Assembly (NCBI GenBank): GCA_951406725.2
Contig: OX597815.1
Span: 127,162,001 to 127,226,000, forward strand
Direction: 5' to 3'
From: Octopus vulgaris
Taxonomy: Eukaryota
DNA length: 64,000 bases
Positions 48,154 through 60,887 of the stretch are shown here, piece after piece. The translations under genes and the position numbers were made by a program. Under the pieces are notes generated by a model that did not search any database, was not told the DNA's origin, and worked only from the letters and a program-made list of their open reading frames with translations. How positions within the stretch are numbered: the stretch's first letter is position 1; each line of letters starts with the position of its first letter.

Positions 48154-50787
48154 TGGAACCACATAAGAGGCCCAGGTGGCAGAGGTGCAACAAGGCAACA
48201 AAGCCACAATTCGGTCTCTGGTAGGTGAACAGGGGCATGAATTACTCAAGCCAAGTAAAATGTGTGAGGCTTTTCAACAGAATTTTGCCCAACAGTTCGG
48301 GACGAGTGGCAGGAGAGAACGCAGGGTGGACTTCAGTACCTACATACATAGCCTGCCATGACCCTTGACAAGAGAGGCAGGGCACTGCGAAGGTGCCATC
48401 ATGGCGGCGGAAGTGCGGGACACGATGGCAGATTGCTCGAGGGACAAATCGCCAGGTTTGGATGGTCTATCCTATGAGCTTTACAGTTGTATGCCAGACT
48501 TGTTTGGAGATTTCTTGGCAGTGGTTTACTGCAACGCGCAGCAAAACGGGAGCATCCCTGGTTTTGTGAGCCGAGGAGCCATAACACTGCTGAAGAAAGA
48601 TCTAAACAAAGGGGACGTAATAGATAACTTTAGGCCCATCACTCTACTTAATGCAGACTTGAAAATTTTGGTCAAGGTGTTAGCCAAGAGGTTGGCCTTG
48701 TCATCGAGAAACTCGACAACAAGGCACAAAAGTGCGCCGTGCCAGGACGCATCATCCATGACAACTGATGTGCTACATCATATACAAGGTAGTTAAGGAA
48801 CCTGGCACGGGTAGGGCCCAGATCAATTTGGAACAATTGAAAGCTTTCAAAAGGGTAGACCATCAATATTTGGAGGCTGTCCTCAAAGAGGCTGGTTTTG
48901 GACCCGTCTTCTGCAGCTGGATAGCTGCTTTGTACAGAGGCATTCATTCAGTAATTTGCATAAATGGACATCTATCGAAACCTTTTGACATTGCACATTC
49001 GGTCCGTCAGGGATGCCCCCCCTCTCATCGCTTCTATACGTATTGACTCTGGTGACTCTGAGGGGCATCCTGCGAGAATTGGGATGCGGGACGAGCATGT
49101 CTGCATACGTGGACGATGTCACCATCATAGTGTCTAGCCACAAGCACATCGAGCTGGTCGGTGAGACACTGAAAGACTACAAAGTGGTAAAGGAGCAATA
49201 ATCATCCGAGAAAAGTTAGTGAGCTTGCAGCTCGGTACATGGAGAACCAAGCCCATGCCGTCCACCAGCGCCTCCATCATAGGACACTGGATTGACGGTC
49301 CGGTCGAGTTGCTCGAGGTCTGGTTTGTTCCGGACCTCCAAATGGAGAAGAACTGGAACAAGATAATGAGTAGGGTGGTCACTCTCACCTGATAATGGGC
49401 CGAGAGGAAACTGTCTCTAAAAGGTTGTGCAGAGGTGGCAAACACATACATCGCACCCATCATCTACTACTGCCTGACCGTCATGCCTTGTCCCGACCCT
49501 ACCATCACCAAACTAGAACGCATTCTCTTCTGCTTCTTGTGGAAAAGATGCATCCCGATGGTCAGGCAATCCATTTGTTGTCAACACCCATTAAAAGGAG
49601 GGCTGGGCATGCCGTGGTTGATAATGCACAGACACGCGCTGAGACTGCGACACCCCCGGCTCTACATAGACGATGGTGAACAGGTGTGGTCACCGTTTGT
49701 GAGGCACGCTTTCCCGCAGCTCATCTCCATGTCCAAACTGCAGTCGTGGATCAAAAAGAGGCCGAGGAAGGGCGAATGGCACCACAAGTATCGCATTGCT
49801 CTCAAGCAACTATGCCATCCCGGGTCGATCTTGAGCGACTTCAATACAACCAAAGCATTCTATTAGTGAAGGGGAGGTACGACGATGATCTCAGGGCAAA
49901 CCTGGGCGTCAACAAGGAATACCTGACCTGCCTGTTCAAGACGACTTTTGGGCTAGGACCTATGGACAACTTCCAGAGATCCCTGGCCTGTCAGTGCTAC
50001 TGAAAAGCACTACCCGTTCGGGACAAGCTCTACAGACATGGCTCGAGAAACACGGGGCCAACCTGCCCGAGATGCGGTCAGAGCGATGAAACCATTCTGC
50101 ACGCACTCGTGCAGTGTCCAACCATTTCCGACCTGTGAACTTATGTCGAATGACTGCTGTCACGTGTGGGATGAGTCAGTTTATCAGCCAAGTCTATCAT
50201 CAATATCATCACGCCTCCTTCCTTCAAATGGGAAGGAAGAGCTATTTTCATCATACTTGTGACTATAGCGAAACAATGTATCTGGTGGATGTGTCTGAAA
50301 GGATTAGAGACAAGCACTTTCCTCTCTGGTCAATCTCTCATCAACTTCTTCAAGTATCACTTGAAAAGGAAAGTGAGAGTAGAGAGGCAAGTTTTGTCTA
50401 GTGAATGTTTCAAAAAAAGATGGGTGAATGTAGCAAGGATGACACGTATGAATGATGAAGCCACCTTGAGCATAATCCTATGAACCCAGGAAAATTTAAA
50501 ACAGAGATTTACTTACTTGCAAATAAATGTGTTAATATGTGACATTATTGACCAAGGTTAACATGGTCTTTTCCATAGGCTTTTCTTTCCATGGATAAAC
50601 CTTATCTGTTTCTCCCTTTACACTTTACATCATGATATTTCTGTGATACATGATACTTATTGATCGTTTTTTTTATGATCCCTTTTGGTCAAAAACCTAC
50701 CCCCATTTTTTTTCTCCCCAAAAAGAAAAGCTCTACTTTGTATTTTGTCCCCTCTGTGTTCAGCCCTGTGTGGCTAATAAAGAAACA
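48154..50787 (+). mobile_element. Older Tx1-clade element, 5'-truncated, inserted in (TTA)n
   Basis: FRPITLLN, YVDD, GGLGMPWL motifs; 3' tail similar to array units; (TTA)n on both sides. Confidence 0.88.
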
Positions 50788-50832
50788 TATTATTATTATT
50801 ATTATTATTATTATTGTTATTATTATTATTAT

Positions 50833-53800
50833 GTTTTTTCCTCCTTTCTTCAAATTTTCTTCCGTTTCTTGCCGAGTGTTTTCCATACACCTAGGGCAGA
50901 GTAGCTCATTGTATGCATTCCCAGATTACACATGCAAATTCACAGATAAAATATGTATTTAAAAATTTATAAATAAATAAGTTCGTGGATGGATGTTGTT
51001 TTCACAGCGATAATGCCCTTCTCAGTACATGAGCCGTTCCAGTTAATACGAATTTTTGCACGTCCTGTAGGGATGGTAAACCTGGAATCATTTTCAAATA
51101 GGTTTCAGTACCTTTTTTATCATTCCTAGAGATGCCACATTTTGTCAATTTCTATTAGCAGGTCTTTATATTTACAAATCTTGTCAAATTCTTTCGCTGC
51201 TATATTGTGATTGCAAGGGATGCTCATGTTAATTAATAAACATCTTTTTTGTCTAATCTTTTATAATAATATCCGGTTTATTAGCTTTTATAGTCTTGTC
51301 GGTCTGTATGGGGAAGTCCCATAGAATCGACACATTTTCTCCCTCAGTCACAGCTCCAGGATGGTGGTTATACCATTTGTCAGCAGTTTTTATTTTATAA
51401 TACTGACATATTGTCCAATGTAAATACTGGCCGACTCTGTCATGTCTTGCTTTAAATTCTGCAGGTGCTAAGACTCTACACCCTGAGATTAGGTGGTCTA
51501 TTGTTTCAATCTCATCGTTACAGAATCTGCATTTTGGGTCGGCTCCATTTTTTATCACATTGGCTTGGTAGTTCCGGGTTAATAAGCTTTGGACTTGAGC
51601 AACTAATATGAAACCTTCACTCTCTGCTTTTAGCCCTGAGCTTTGTAACCATTGGTGCGTGTGTTTCTAGTCAACATCAGCTTGTTTGCTATGGGCCACA
51701 TACTTGCCATGGAGAGGTTTCTGTTCCCATCTCCTAGCTAAATTTTCATGCGCTTTTGTCTTTGCAATTAATTTTCTTTTCTTTGCAGCTGCAGTTGGCG
51801 CATCTCCTTCAGCCTAATCAATCTGGTGGGTATCTAAGAGATCAGCAGCGAATGTTTTGCTCTCTTTGAGAATAGAGTAAAGTCTTTTCAGTCTTTCATG
51901 TTTTTCAACAAATTTTAGCATCCAATCGTTGGTTGCTTCAAGGTATTTGGCCAGTCCGATTGCGGTGGTTTTGTATGTAAGTTCAAGCTGGATCAAACCA
52001 CAACCTCCCTGAGCTCTGGGAAGGTAAAGGCAATCCACGTCTGCCTTTGGATGGTGCATCTTATTACAAGTCAGTAGCTTGCGGATCTTTCCGTCAATTT
52101 TCATTATTTCACTGGTATTCCAGTTAAGCACATTGAAGCTATAAAGAACAACTGGTACTGCTAAGGAATTTATGGCTAACACCTTATTATATGCATTCAG
52201 TTCAGACTTCAGGACTGCTCAAACTCTTCTATAACATTCCTTCCTAACCTTCTCTTTCATGCTGGATACCAGAGCCTTCATTTATTCCTAGGTATTTGTA
52301 GGTTTCTTCCTGCTCAAGTTCCTTTATTACTGTTTGACATCTAATTCGATTGAACTAGATTTTACCAAGTTCCCTTTCTTAAGAGTGGCTTTGGCACACT
52401 TTTCAAGGCCAAACTCCATCCCGATATCATCACTGAATCCTTTCATGGTATGTAATAATCCTTCAAGCTCTTCATCATTTTTGCCATATAGCTTTAAATC
52501 ATCCATATAAAATAGATGGCTTATTATCCTGTTGTCAATTTTGTAGCCATATCCTGTTCTATTCAGTTCACTTGAGAGTGGTATTAGTGCCATGCAGAAA
52601 ATTAGTGGTGAAAGTGAGTCACCTTGGAAAATTCCACAGTTTCTGCTAATGTTGTTTGAGCGCAATACTCCATTAGAATGATATAATTGGAGCTTCGTGT
52701 TCCATAGTGACATATTATACTTTAAAAAATCTGAAATCACAGGAGAAATTTTGAAAATGCCCAGCAATTTCAGAATCCACAAATGCGGTGCTGTCAAAGG
52801 CCTTTTTATAATCAATCCATGAAGAGCTGAGATTTCTGTGCTTGTTATGGCAGTTCTCAAGGATCATGCGATTAATTAGGAGCTGATCTTTGCATCCGTA
52901 TGAGCCTCGTCTGCATCTTTTTTGTTCAGTGGGAAAGAGGTTATTCTCTTCCATAGACGTATATGTTTTCTCTACTAGAATAGATGTCAAAATTTTATAG
53001 GTAGTAGATAAACATGTTATAGGCCAGTAGTTTTTTGGTTCTTTCGTTTTGTTATTTTGGGGGAGGAGGTAAGTAATACCATTTGCCATCCAATGTGGTG
53101 TTTTTTTCGGGTCTTTCATAATACTATTAAATAGTATTACTAACATTTTGTGTGCGGATGAGAGTGATGAGAGCCAGAAATTTGGTACTCTATGAATACC
53201 AGGGGATTTCCACTTATGAGCCTTCGTTAGTGCTCTCCTTAGGTCGGCGATTGAGATGTCTTCCCATACCTGTTCATGTAGATTTTTGTAGTCAACTTGG
53301 GTGCATTTGATCCACTCTGCATTTTCATTGTATGGTTTCTCATCACTTCAGAACCCCTTCCAAAAGTTTTCAACTTCTTCCATTAGGGGTGGATTTTCAA
53401 TGGTTATTTTTTCTTTCCCTATTCCCCTGTAAAATGATTTGGCATTGGATTTGAACATCTTATTTTGTTTGTAGAATTTGATTCTTTTCTCAAATTTGCG
53501 TATTCTCTGAGATTTTGCTTGAACTTTTTATTTAAGTGTATCTTTCGCTGACATTAGTTCTCTTGTTGAGTGTCCATATTTTCTCACAATCTTCCTGCTT
53601 TTTCTTCATCTTACATCATTTCCAGAGATTAGCTCAGTTAATATTGTTATCTCCCTTCACAATGATTCAATTTCATTTTCAATTCTACTCCTCTAGTTTG
53701 ATTTTCTTTTCGAATTTGGTATTGTTGCCTTTTTGGGTGTTAAACAGCATCTTTGGATTACCTTAGCGACAGAGTAAATAATTTCATTTAATTTATTAAG

Positions 53801-54000
53801 ATCGGGTTTTAGTTGGTGTATGATTTCTTGTGTAATGCAGTTGCCAATTTTTATTTGTGTTTTATGTTGGTGTACATTTGAGAGTTTATAGAGTGGTTCC
53901 CTATCATTCATAGTTGTATGCCCTACAACTGCAAGCTCATTAAGAACTTCTTGCTTCATTTCAATGACAGATTTTCTGTGTTGTTCAACAAACACGTGGT
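50833..54000 (-). mobile_element. R4/Dong-clade LINE, second family, degraded
   Basis: QGDSLSP, YMDD, CRFC..HLISGC, RHD and KPD motifs; flanked by (TTA)n. Confidence 0.9.
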
Positions 54001-54031
54001 CTTCAAATTCTTCTTCTTCTTCTTCTTCTTC

Positions 54032-54068
<37 letters not shown>

Positions 54069-54145
54069 CATTATTATTATCATTATTATCATTATTATTA
54101 TTATTATTATTATTATCATTATTATCATTATTATTATTGTTATTA

Positions 54146-54197
<52 letters not shown>

Positions 54198-54329
54198 GAT
54201 TGGGACTCTGCTCATGGATTTCAAAGAGGGGGGACATGTGTTTGTGAACTGTAAGTTTTTGTGCAATTTTTGCAGATATTGTTGTATCTGAAAATTTTTT
54301 ACAACATTTTTGTGGCCAGGCCAACATTT

Positions 54330-56170
54330 CTGAGCAGAGCGGTTAGGTGGGACTTTTCCACTTTTAGGGTGAATTTTCAGTTTAAAATCTCTAATTTTTC
54401 ATTTTTCGATTTTTAAAATTTGTAAAAATAGCCTTGGAGAAGAGTGTCTGCTCTTCCTTTCTTTTTGACTTCCTCCCTCTGTTGTTGGAAGACAGACAAA
54501 AGATGTAAATATTAACTGACTCTGCCCACTCCATGCCTAAAAAGGCAGAGAGAGGGAAGACCAAAGTTTTGCTAGCATGTGCAACATTGAGCATCAGAAG
54601 GAAAAAGAAGAAAAGAAATGAGAAAAAAAGGGGAAAAGAGCAAGGAAATTCAGGTAATGGATGCTACTAGAGTCGCAACATCTGTGAATCCAAGCGCTCC
54701 CACTACCACCACTAACTCTAAGACATTGAACACCCAACAACAACAACAGTAACCCAATGCATTAAACAGCCAAGGTTTCCCAGTTCAATAGTAAAACCAA
54801 GCAATGAATTTATAAATATTTCAGTAGAACCTCTCACAGAAACATTTAAAAAAGAAAAAGCAAAAGAAGCATTTTGATAAACACACCATCAGAGAAAATG
54901 AACAAACATGCCATAGTGTACAAAACTATATCATTAAAAAATAGATGTATAGAAACTGCCAGAAAGCAAACAGTTGAAAAATGCTTGCAACCCATTTGAA
55001 AAGACGTAACTTATCTGGTGAGAAGTAAGAAATATGACACGACTGAAGTCAGATTTGCTACAGAAGGCATAGCAAAACAGCATTCAACAGCCCGACTGAG
55101 AAACAGTGAACTTATCCTAGTTCCAACATACTTGGGACAGAGTGTCACCAAGATAAAAATACTGGAGATACTATCAGAAATGAATGTTTGCTGAATTGTC
55201 ATGGCTGTCCTTCTTGACTAGGAGGATAAAATCAGAATTATCCAAGTCAAGAAATAATGAAAAAGCAACAGGACTGGTCAGAAATTTCAAATAATGATCT
55301 AAATAAACCAAGACATTTTGAAACAAATTGCTGATCAACTCAGCCTTGTAGATGGCACTATGCTGAACGTCACTGTTGAGGACAGAAGGCCAAGATGCTA
55401 TCAATGTGGACAAAATAACCACCTGAAAGCCTTTTGCCCATGACTAAAACAGAAGGAGTACACTACCCCCTTGATACAAGCACCACTCACACCACAAACA
55501 ACTGAAGCAACCCCAACTACAGAGGCAACCCCAAGAAAAGAAAGCAGAGAGGTCTCCAGCAAAAACACCAACAGCAAATACTACATGAGAGACAACAACG
55601 CCAACAAAAGCAGAGGTGTTGACCACAATCACTACAACAGTAGCTACAAAACACCAACAACACAGGTCTTGCCAGAGGAACAAAAATCACCAGCAAATTT
55701 CAACTTCAACAAATTTTATATTTCCCCAAAGAGTTGATTTCAAGTAGATTCTAAGAGCATATTTGATACCATTATGGATACCATCATGGAAGACATTAGA
55801 ATAAATATCAAATCAAAGTTAAACTCACCTGGCCAGCAGGCTGAAATTGAAACAAATAAACATTTATAAGAATAGTGAATAACAGGAATAATACAAAAGA
55901 CATTTTTTAAGATGAGAAGATATTTTAAGACAATGAAACTCAGAGGTGTGCATTAAAAGAGTTGGTTTTCAGGCAGTTATGAATATTATTTGCTACAACA
56001 ACTTATTTAATAAGACAAAACTAAATCTGTTTTTAACTTATAAGGCCTAAATAAAATTGAAAAAAACTTTGAGAAACCTTCATGACAGCTTTTGTAACAT
56101 GTTATTACCAGACATTTGACAAGTAACCCAAAAGATCTAGTTATCAATTAAAAAATTATACTAATAATAA
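54330..56170 (+). mobile_element. Degraded Tx1-type ORF1 element without a following ORF2
   Basis: AIVYKT..VEKCLQPI*KDVTYLVRSKKYDTTEVRF (54910-55060) and RPRCYQCGQNNHLKAFC (55387-55437); boundaries approximate. Confidence 0.65.
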
Positions 56171-57345
56171 TTTCTTATATTGGCAAAATATAAGTGTTGG
56201 ATGTAATAGCATGGGATAGTGGAGATGTGTGGATGGTTGGTGTACATGAGTAATTATATTGTGAGCAAGTAAAATATAGAAGCGAGGAGGTAGCAGTGAG
56301 TGCAAGTGTGAGGGTGGAAAGAAGGTAGGAGGAATGTAAATAGTGTGTATAAGGGTATTGGTGTGAAATGGTGTTAATACAGAAGTGAGAGATGAAATGA
56401 GGAAAAAAATGGAAAAAGAAAAAGTAACAACTGTACAAGGAAGGAAATTATTTTTCTGCTTTAGTAAGAGAAGAAAATTAGTGAGGTATATGGAATGGCA
56501 AGAAAAAGTGATAGAAGTGTGTGCATGTGTCTAAATGTCCAGCTTAAAACAATATTTGATCAATCATTCCAATATAAAGAGTGGATTCATGATTTTTAAG
56601 TTAATCTGATATATGACATGCACTAAACTCGTCATCCTTCAGTCCCTCTTGTGACTTTACAGACAATTATATGTGTGTGTAGACACACACATACATATAT
56701 GAATCATATACATAGATATCATCATCATCATCATTATTCAAAGTCTGTTTTCCATGCTGGGAGAAATAGTATTGACTGGGTGCAGTTTTGTGCCATTTGA
56801 GTGATTAAAAGTATAGAGGGACAGAGATAGGTGTATCAAAATTTGGCTGAGCAAATTATTCATCTTCATTTTTGTAGTTCAAGACTCCACAGAGCAAATG
56901 TTCCATTGTTGTTTCTATAACATTATGTAGGTAAAAGCTAAATCTCTTTTAGGATTAAGTTCCACTGTATTTAAAATTGCCTGCTAACCAGAGGAAATTA
57001 ACTCAGAACTGCAGACAACAAACAAAATCATCAGTTTACATCAGTAAACAATGCAACCCATGTCCCCATGTCCATGGTAACTATCTACTGTTAAGTAGAC
57101 TTAAACCATTGAGACCAACTTAGACTAAACACAAGCATGAAGCAATTCTTATGATTACATATCAGTTATGAAGGCTGTGTATCAAAGCAGTAACCTATGA
57201 ATTTGGTCTCAGTAAATTGCATTAAGAATCATCTTGGGAAAGTGAAACTGCCTAAAGTACAGGTTGACTTAATTTAGTTACTTTCATGTTAAAATACATT
57301 GAATGAATTGTGAGTATAAAGCAAAAAATAAACCAGTATCCTTAC

Positions 57346-57432
57346 TATCAAAGAATATTCTAGAGTGAGAAATTCATCAGCATCAGTAGCTGTTATCTGC
57401 AAATTTGGTATTGTATTGTTTACTGGAAAATC
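57346..57432 (-). CDS. Cadherin-related gene, first coding exon seen in the window (DFPVNNTIPNLQITATDADEFLTLEYSLI)
   Basis: AG acceptor at 57434-57433 after a T-tract, GTAAG donor at 57345-57341, 87 bp, phase 0/0; ATDAD motif. Confidence 0.88.
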
Positions 57433-57928
57433 CTGCAAAAAAAAGCAAAATATTAAGAAAATATAATTCAGCAAATATTTTTTTCATTAGTTTTCATATC
57501 AATTCATTCTATGATAAAGATGACGTATTTCAGAAAACAATTCCCCCCTACTACTGCTACTACTACTACTACAACCAACGGTCTCTGCTACTACTGCTAT
57601 TATGAACAACGGTCACTTTCACGATTACAGCCAACAGTAATACGATTGTAGTCAACGCACAAGACAGCCATTATGCTCCCGCCCACCCACAAAACACCAT
57701 CACGTGGACTCTGTTGAGACTAGTAAGAAACACTTATGAACTTTTTTATTACACTTAACTTTTTAACATATTTTTGATAAGGTTTGTGTTTTCAAGAAGA
57801 ACTGAAACATGTAAAATCTATAAGAAAATTAAAATTTATCTTATATAGTGGCATTTTCAAACTTTTATAAATATAAACCCACTTGTATGCCACCTACACT
57901 TTTTATAAATATATATATTTATATATAT

Positions 57929-60466
57929 CCCTGCTCCATCTCACAAATGCCTCTTTCATGGAGCAAATAGTTCTGCAACCAACAAGGGCAGAAAATATAC
58001 TGGATCTCTGCTTCACAAACAATATGGATATTATCCATAATGTTAATGTGATGCCGACAATGATCTCGGATCACAACATAATAGAGCTGTCTATGTATGG
58101 AACAAAAGCCCCCGCAGACACACAGCCTATACGAAGCACCCACCATCTCTCCAACTTAAACTTTCATAAAGCCAACTGGAAGTTGATTGAGAAAGAGATC
58201 CTCAAACAGGATTGGCCTGAATGTCTCTCCACACCGGACATAAACATGAAACACAAACACTTCATGTCCATAATACAAGCCATATGTGACAAATATGTCC
58301 CAGTGTGCAGGGCCAGCACACACAAGAACAAAAACAGGATCCCTAGAGAAAGGAGGATTCTTATAAGACGACGGACAAGGATTGCAAACCGCCTCAGCAA
58401 GCACACCAAAAGTGGTGAGAAGTCTCGGCTCGAAAGAATGCTAATGGAAACTGAGAAAAGTCTACATCAGTCCCATGGAAAGGAGAGAGCAGATAAAGAA
58501 GCTTGGGTAACAGAAAATATAAAATCAAACCCTAAAGCTTTCTTTAAGTTTGCCAAAGAGACAGCCACAGTGCACCAGAGAATAGGACCTCTCTTCCAAA
58601 AAGATGGCTCTCTCACAGGAAATCCCACGGGGATAAGTGAAATACTGAACGAACAGTTCCAAAGTGTGTTCACTACACCTCTAGGACACAGGCAAGTAAA
58701 CAACCCAGAAGAATTCTTTGCCACTTTACCTGCGGCCAAAGAGACAAAAATTGAGTACATCAACATCGAAGATGATGATATCACACTAGCCATTGATGAG
58801 ATTGACACAAACTCAGCTGCTGGACCTGATGGATTCCCAGCGATCCTTCTCAAATCGTGCAAACAAGCCCTTGCAAAACCGCTACAGCTTCTTTTTCAGA
58901 GCTTTCTTGCAAGTGGTAAGCTCCCAGTCAAACTGAAAGAGGGGGTAATATGCCCTATCCATAAGGGAGGTAGCAGAGCAGATGCTAAAAATTATAGGCC
59001 TATCTCTCTGACCTCACACATCAGCAAAGTCATGGAACGAATAGTCCGTAAGAAACTAATCATGTTCCTTGAAGAAAATGACTTGCTGTCTGACACCCAG
59101 CATGGATTTCGACCAGGTAGAGGCTGCCTAACACAGCTCCTGCAACACTATGACTGGGTGTTGAAACAGCTACTAAATGGCTCAAATGTGGATGTAATAT
59201 ATCTCGAATTTGCAAAAGCCTTTGATAAAGTCGACCATGGTATGATCTCTCACAAACTGCGTGGTCTCGGCATAGGCGGGAAACTTGGAGAGTGGCTGCA
59301 CAACTTCCTAAAAGACAGAAAACAGGCAGTTGTGAGCAATGGAGCCACCTCCAAGGAAATGCAAATAACAAGCGGTGTCCCACAGGGCACTGTCTTGGGG
59401 CCACTGATGTTCATAGTGGCCCTTTCAGACATGCCTTCAGTTGCTACGATGACCACCCTTGCTAGCTATGCAGATGACACAAAAGCCTCCCATGCAATAC
59501 AAAACCCTGAAAATATTGCGCATCTGCAACATGAGCTGGACACAATATACAGGTGGGCTGAGGACAACAACATGCAGTTTAATGCAGGTAAGTTCCAGGC
59601 CCTGCGCTACTGGCACACAAAGGTAAATGACGTGAAGACTGGATACACTGGCCCAGGAAGAATTGCAATCCCTGAGTCAAAATCAGTGCGTGACCTGGGC
59701 ATTGACATGAGCAATGATGCATCTTTCCAAATGCATATTGCTAATCTGGTGATAAAATGCAGACGGCTAGCTGGATGGATTTTCCGAACTTTCAGAACAA
59801 GAGAGAAGGAGACACTGATGGTCCTATGGAAAACATTCGTCCTCAGCCGCTTGGACTACTGCTCCCAACTTTGGTCACCACACAATATAAAACAAACAGC
59901 AGAACTCGAAGCAATTCAGAGAAGCTACACAAAGAAAATCGTCTCAATGCAAAATGTCAGCTACTGGGAAAGACTGAAGGTATTAAACCTCTTCTCCCTG
60001 GAGTGGAGGCAGGAGAGATATGCAGTGATATACATCTGGAAAATCCTGGAGGGTCTTGTCCCAAACTTTGGCATTCAAAGTTACTCCAACCGCAGAACGG
60101 GGCGCCGCTGCGTGCTGCCAAGGATTCCAACATCACCATCAAAATACAGGTCCAGATACTGCAACAGCTTGGGTTTCAGAGGACCACAGCTCTTTAACAT
60201 CCTCCCTAAATGCCTGAGAGACTTACATGGTGTGGATGTGGATTTCTTTAAAACTAAACTGGATCTCTTCTTGTTGGGAGTCCCAGATGAACCTACCTCA
60301 CGACAGGAGACGCAGATGCAGGTAGCAACATCGAACTCCCTTGTTGATCAAGTGCCACGTATCAGAGGTGGATTCACAAACTAGTGTAGCTCATTCAGCG
60401 GTGGTGCCCCAGCATGGCCGCAGCCTTCGGGCTAAAACATTTTTAAGGATTTAAGGATTTAAGGAT
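57929..60466 (+). mobile_element. CR1-group LINE (CR1/L2/Crack-like), 5'-truncated, with an uninterrupted ORF2 remainder
   Basis: ORF to 60384 with LDLCFT, SDHN, YRPISL, QHGFR, GVPQGTVLGP and YADD; (GATTTAAG)n tail; (TA)n flanks. Confidence 0.9.
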
Positions 60467-60520
60467 ATATATATATTCAGTATATATACATACATGTGTG
60501 TGTATGCGTGCGCATGTTTG

Positions 60521-60615
60521 TTTGTGTCTGTGTTGTAACATTAAGTTTTCGCACAGCTTTATTGATTCATTGGAGTAGAGTGTATGAAAACTTAATGTTA
60601 CAACACAGACACAAA
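60521..60615. repeat. Perfect 30-bp inverted repeat with 35-nt spacer
   Basis: 60521-60550 is the reverse complement of 60586-60615. Confidence 0.85.
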
Positions 60616-60887
60616 GTCACACGTACATAGATTTATATATATGTATATCTATGTATTGTGTCCTTTAAATAAATAACAAATATATATATACACACAAACA
60701 CTCACAGCTAAGATAGAGCCTTCACAGAGAGCAAAGGCTTTCTTCAGGCTGCTCAAGATCAAAGCTTATTGACCAGTAACTACCAATCCAATATAATGAA
60801 AAATGGGAGTAGACCCAATGTGCCCATACTACAATGACGAGATTGAAACAGTGATGCACCTTATCTCTGGATGTAAGATTTTAACAC

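Noticed and set aside
53918-54327. Poly-N/I/Y/L ORFs and similar YI-repeat ORFs elsewhere
   Set aside because: Translations of (TAA)n and (AT)n microsatellites
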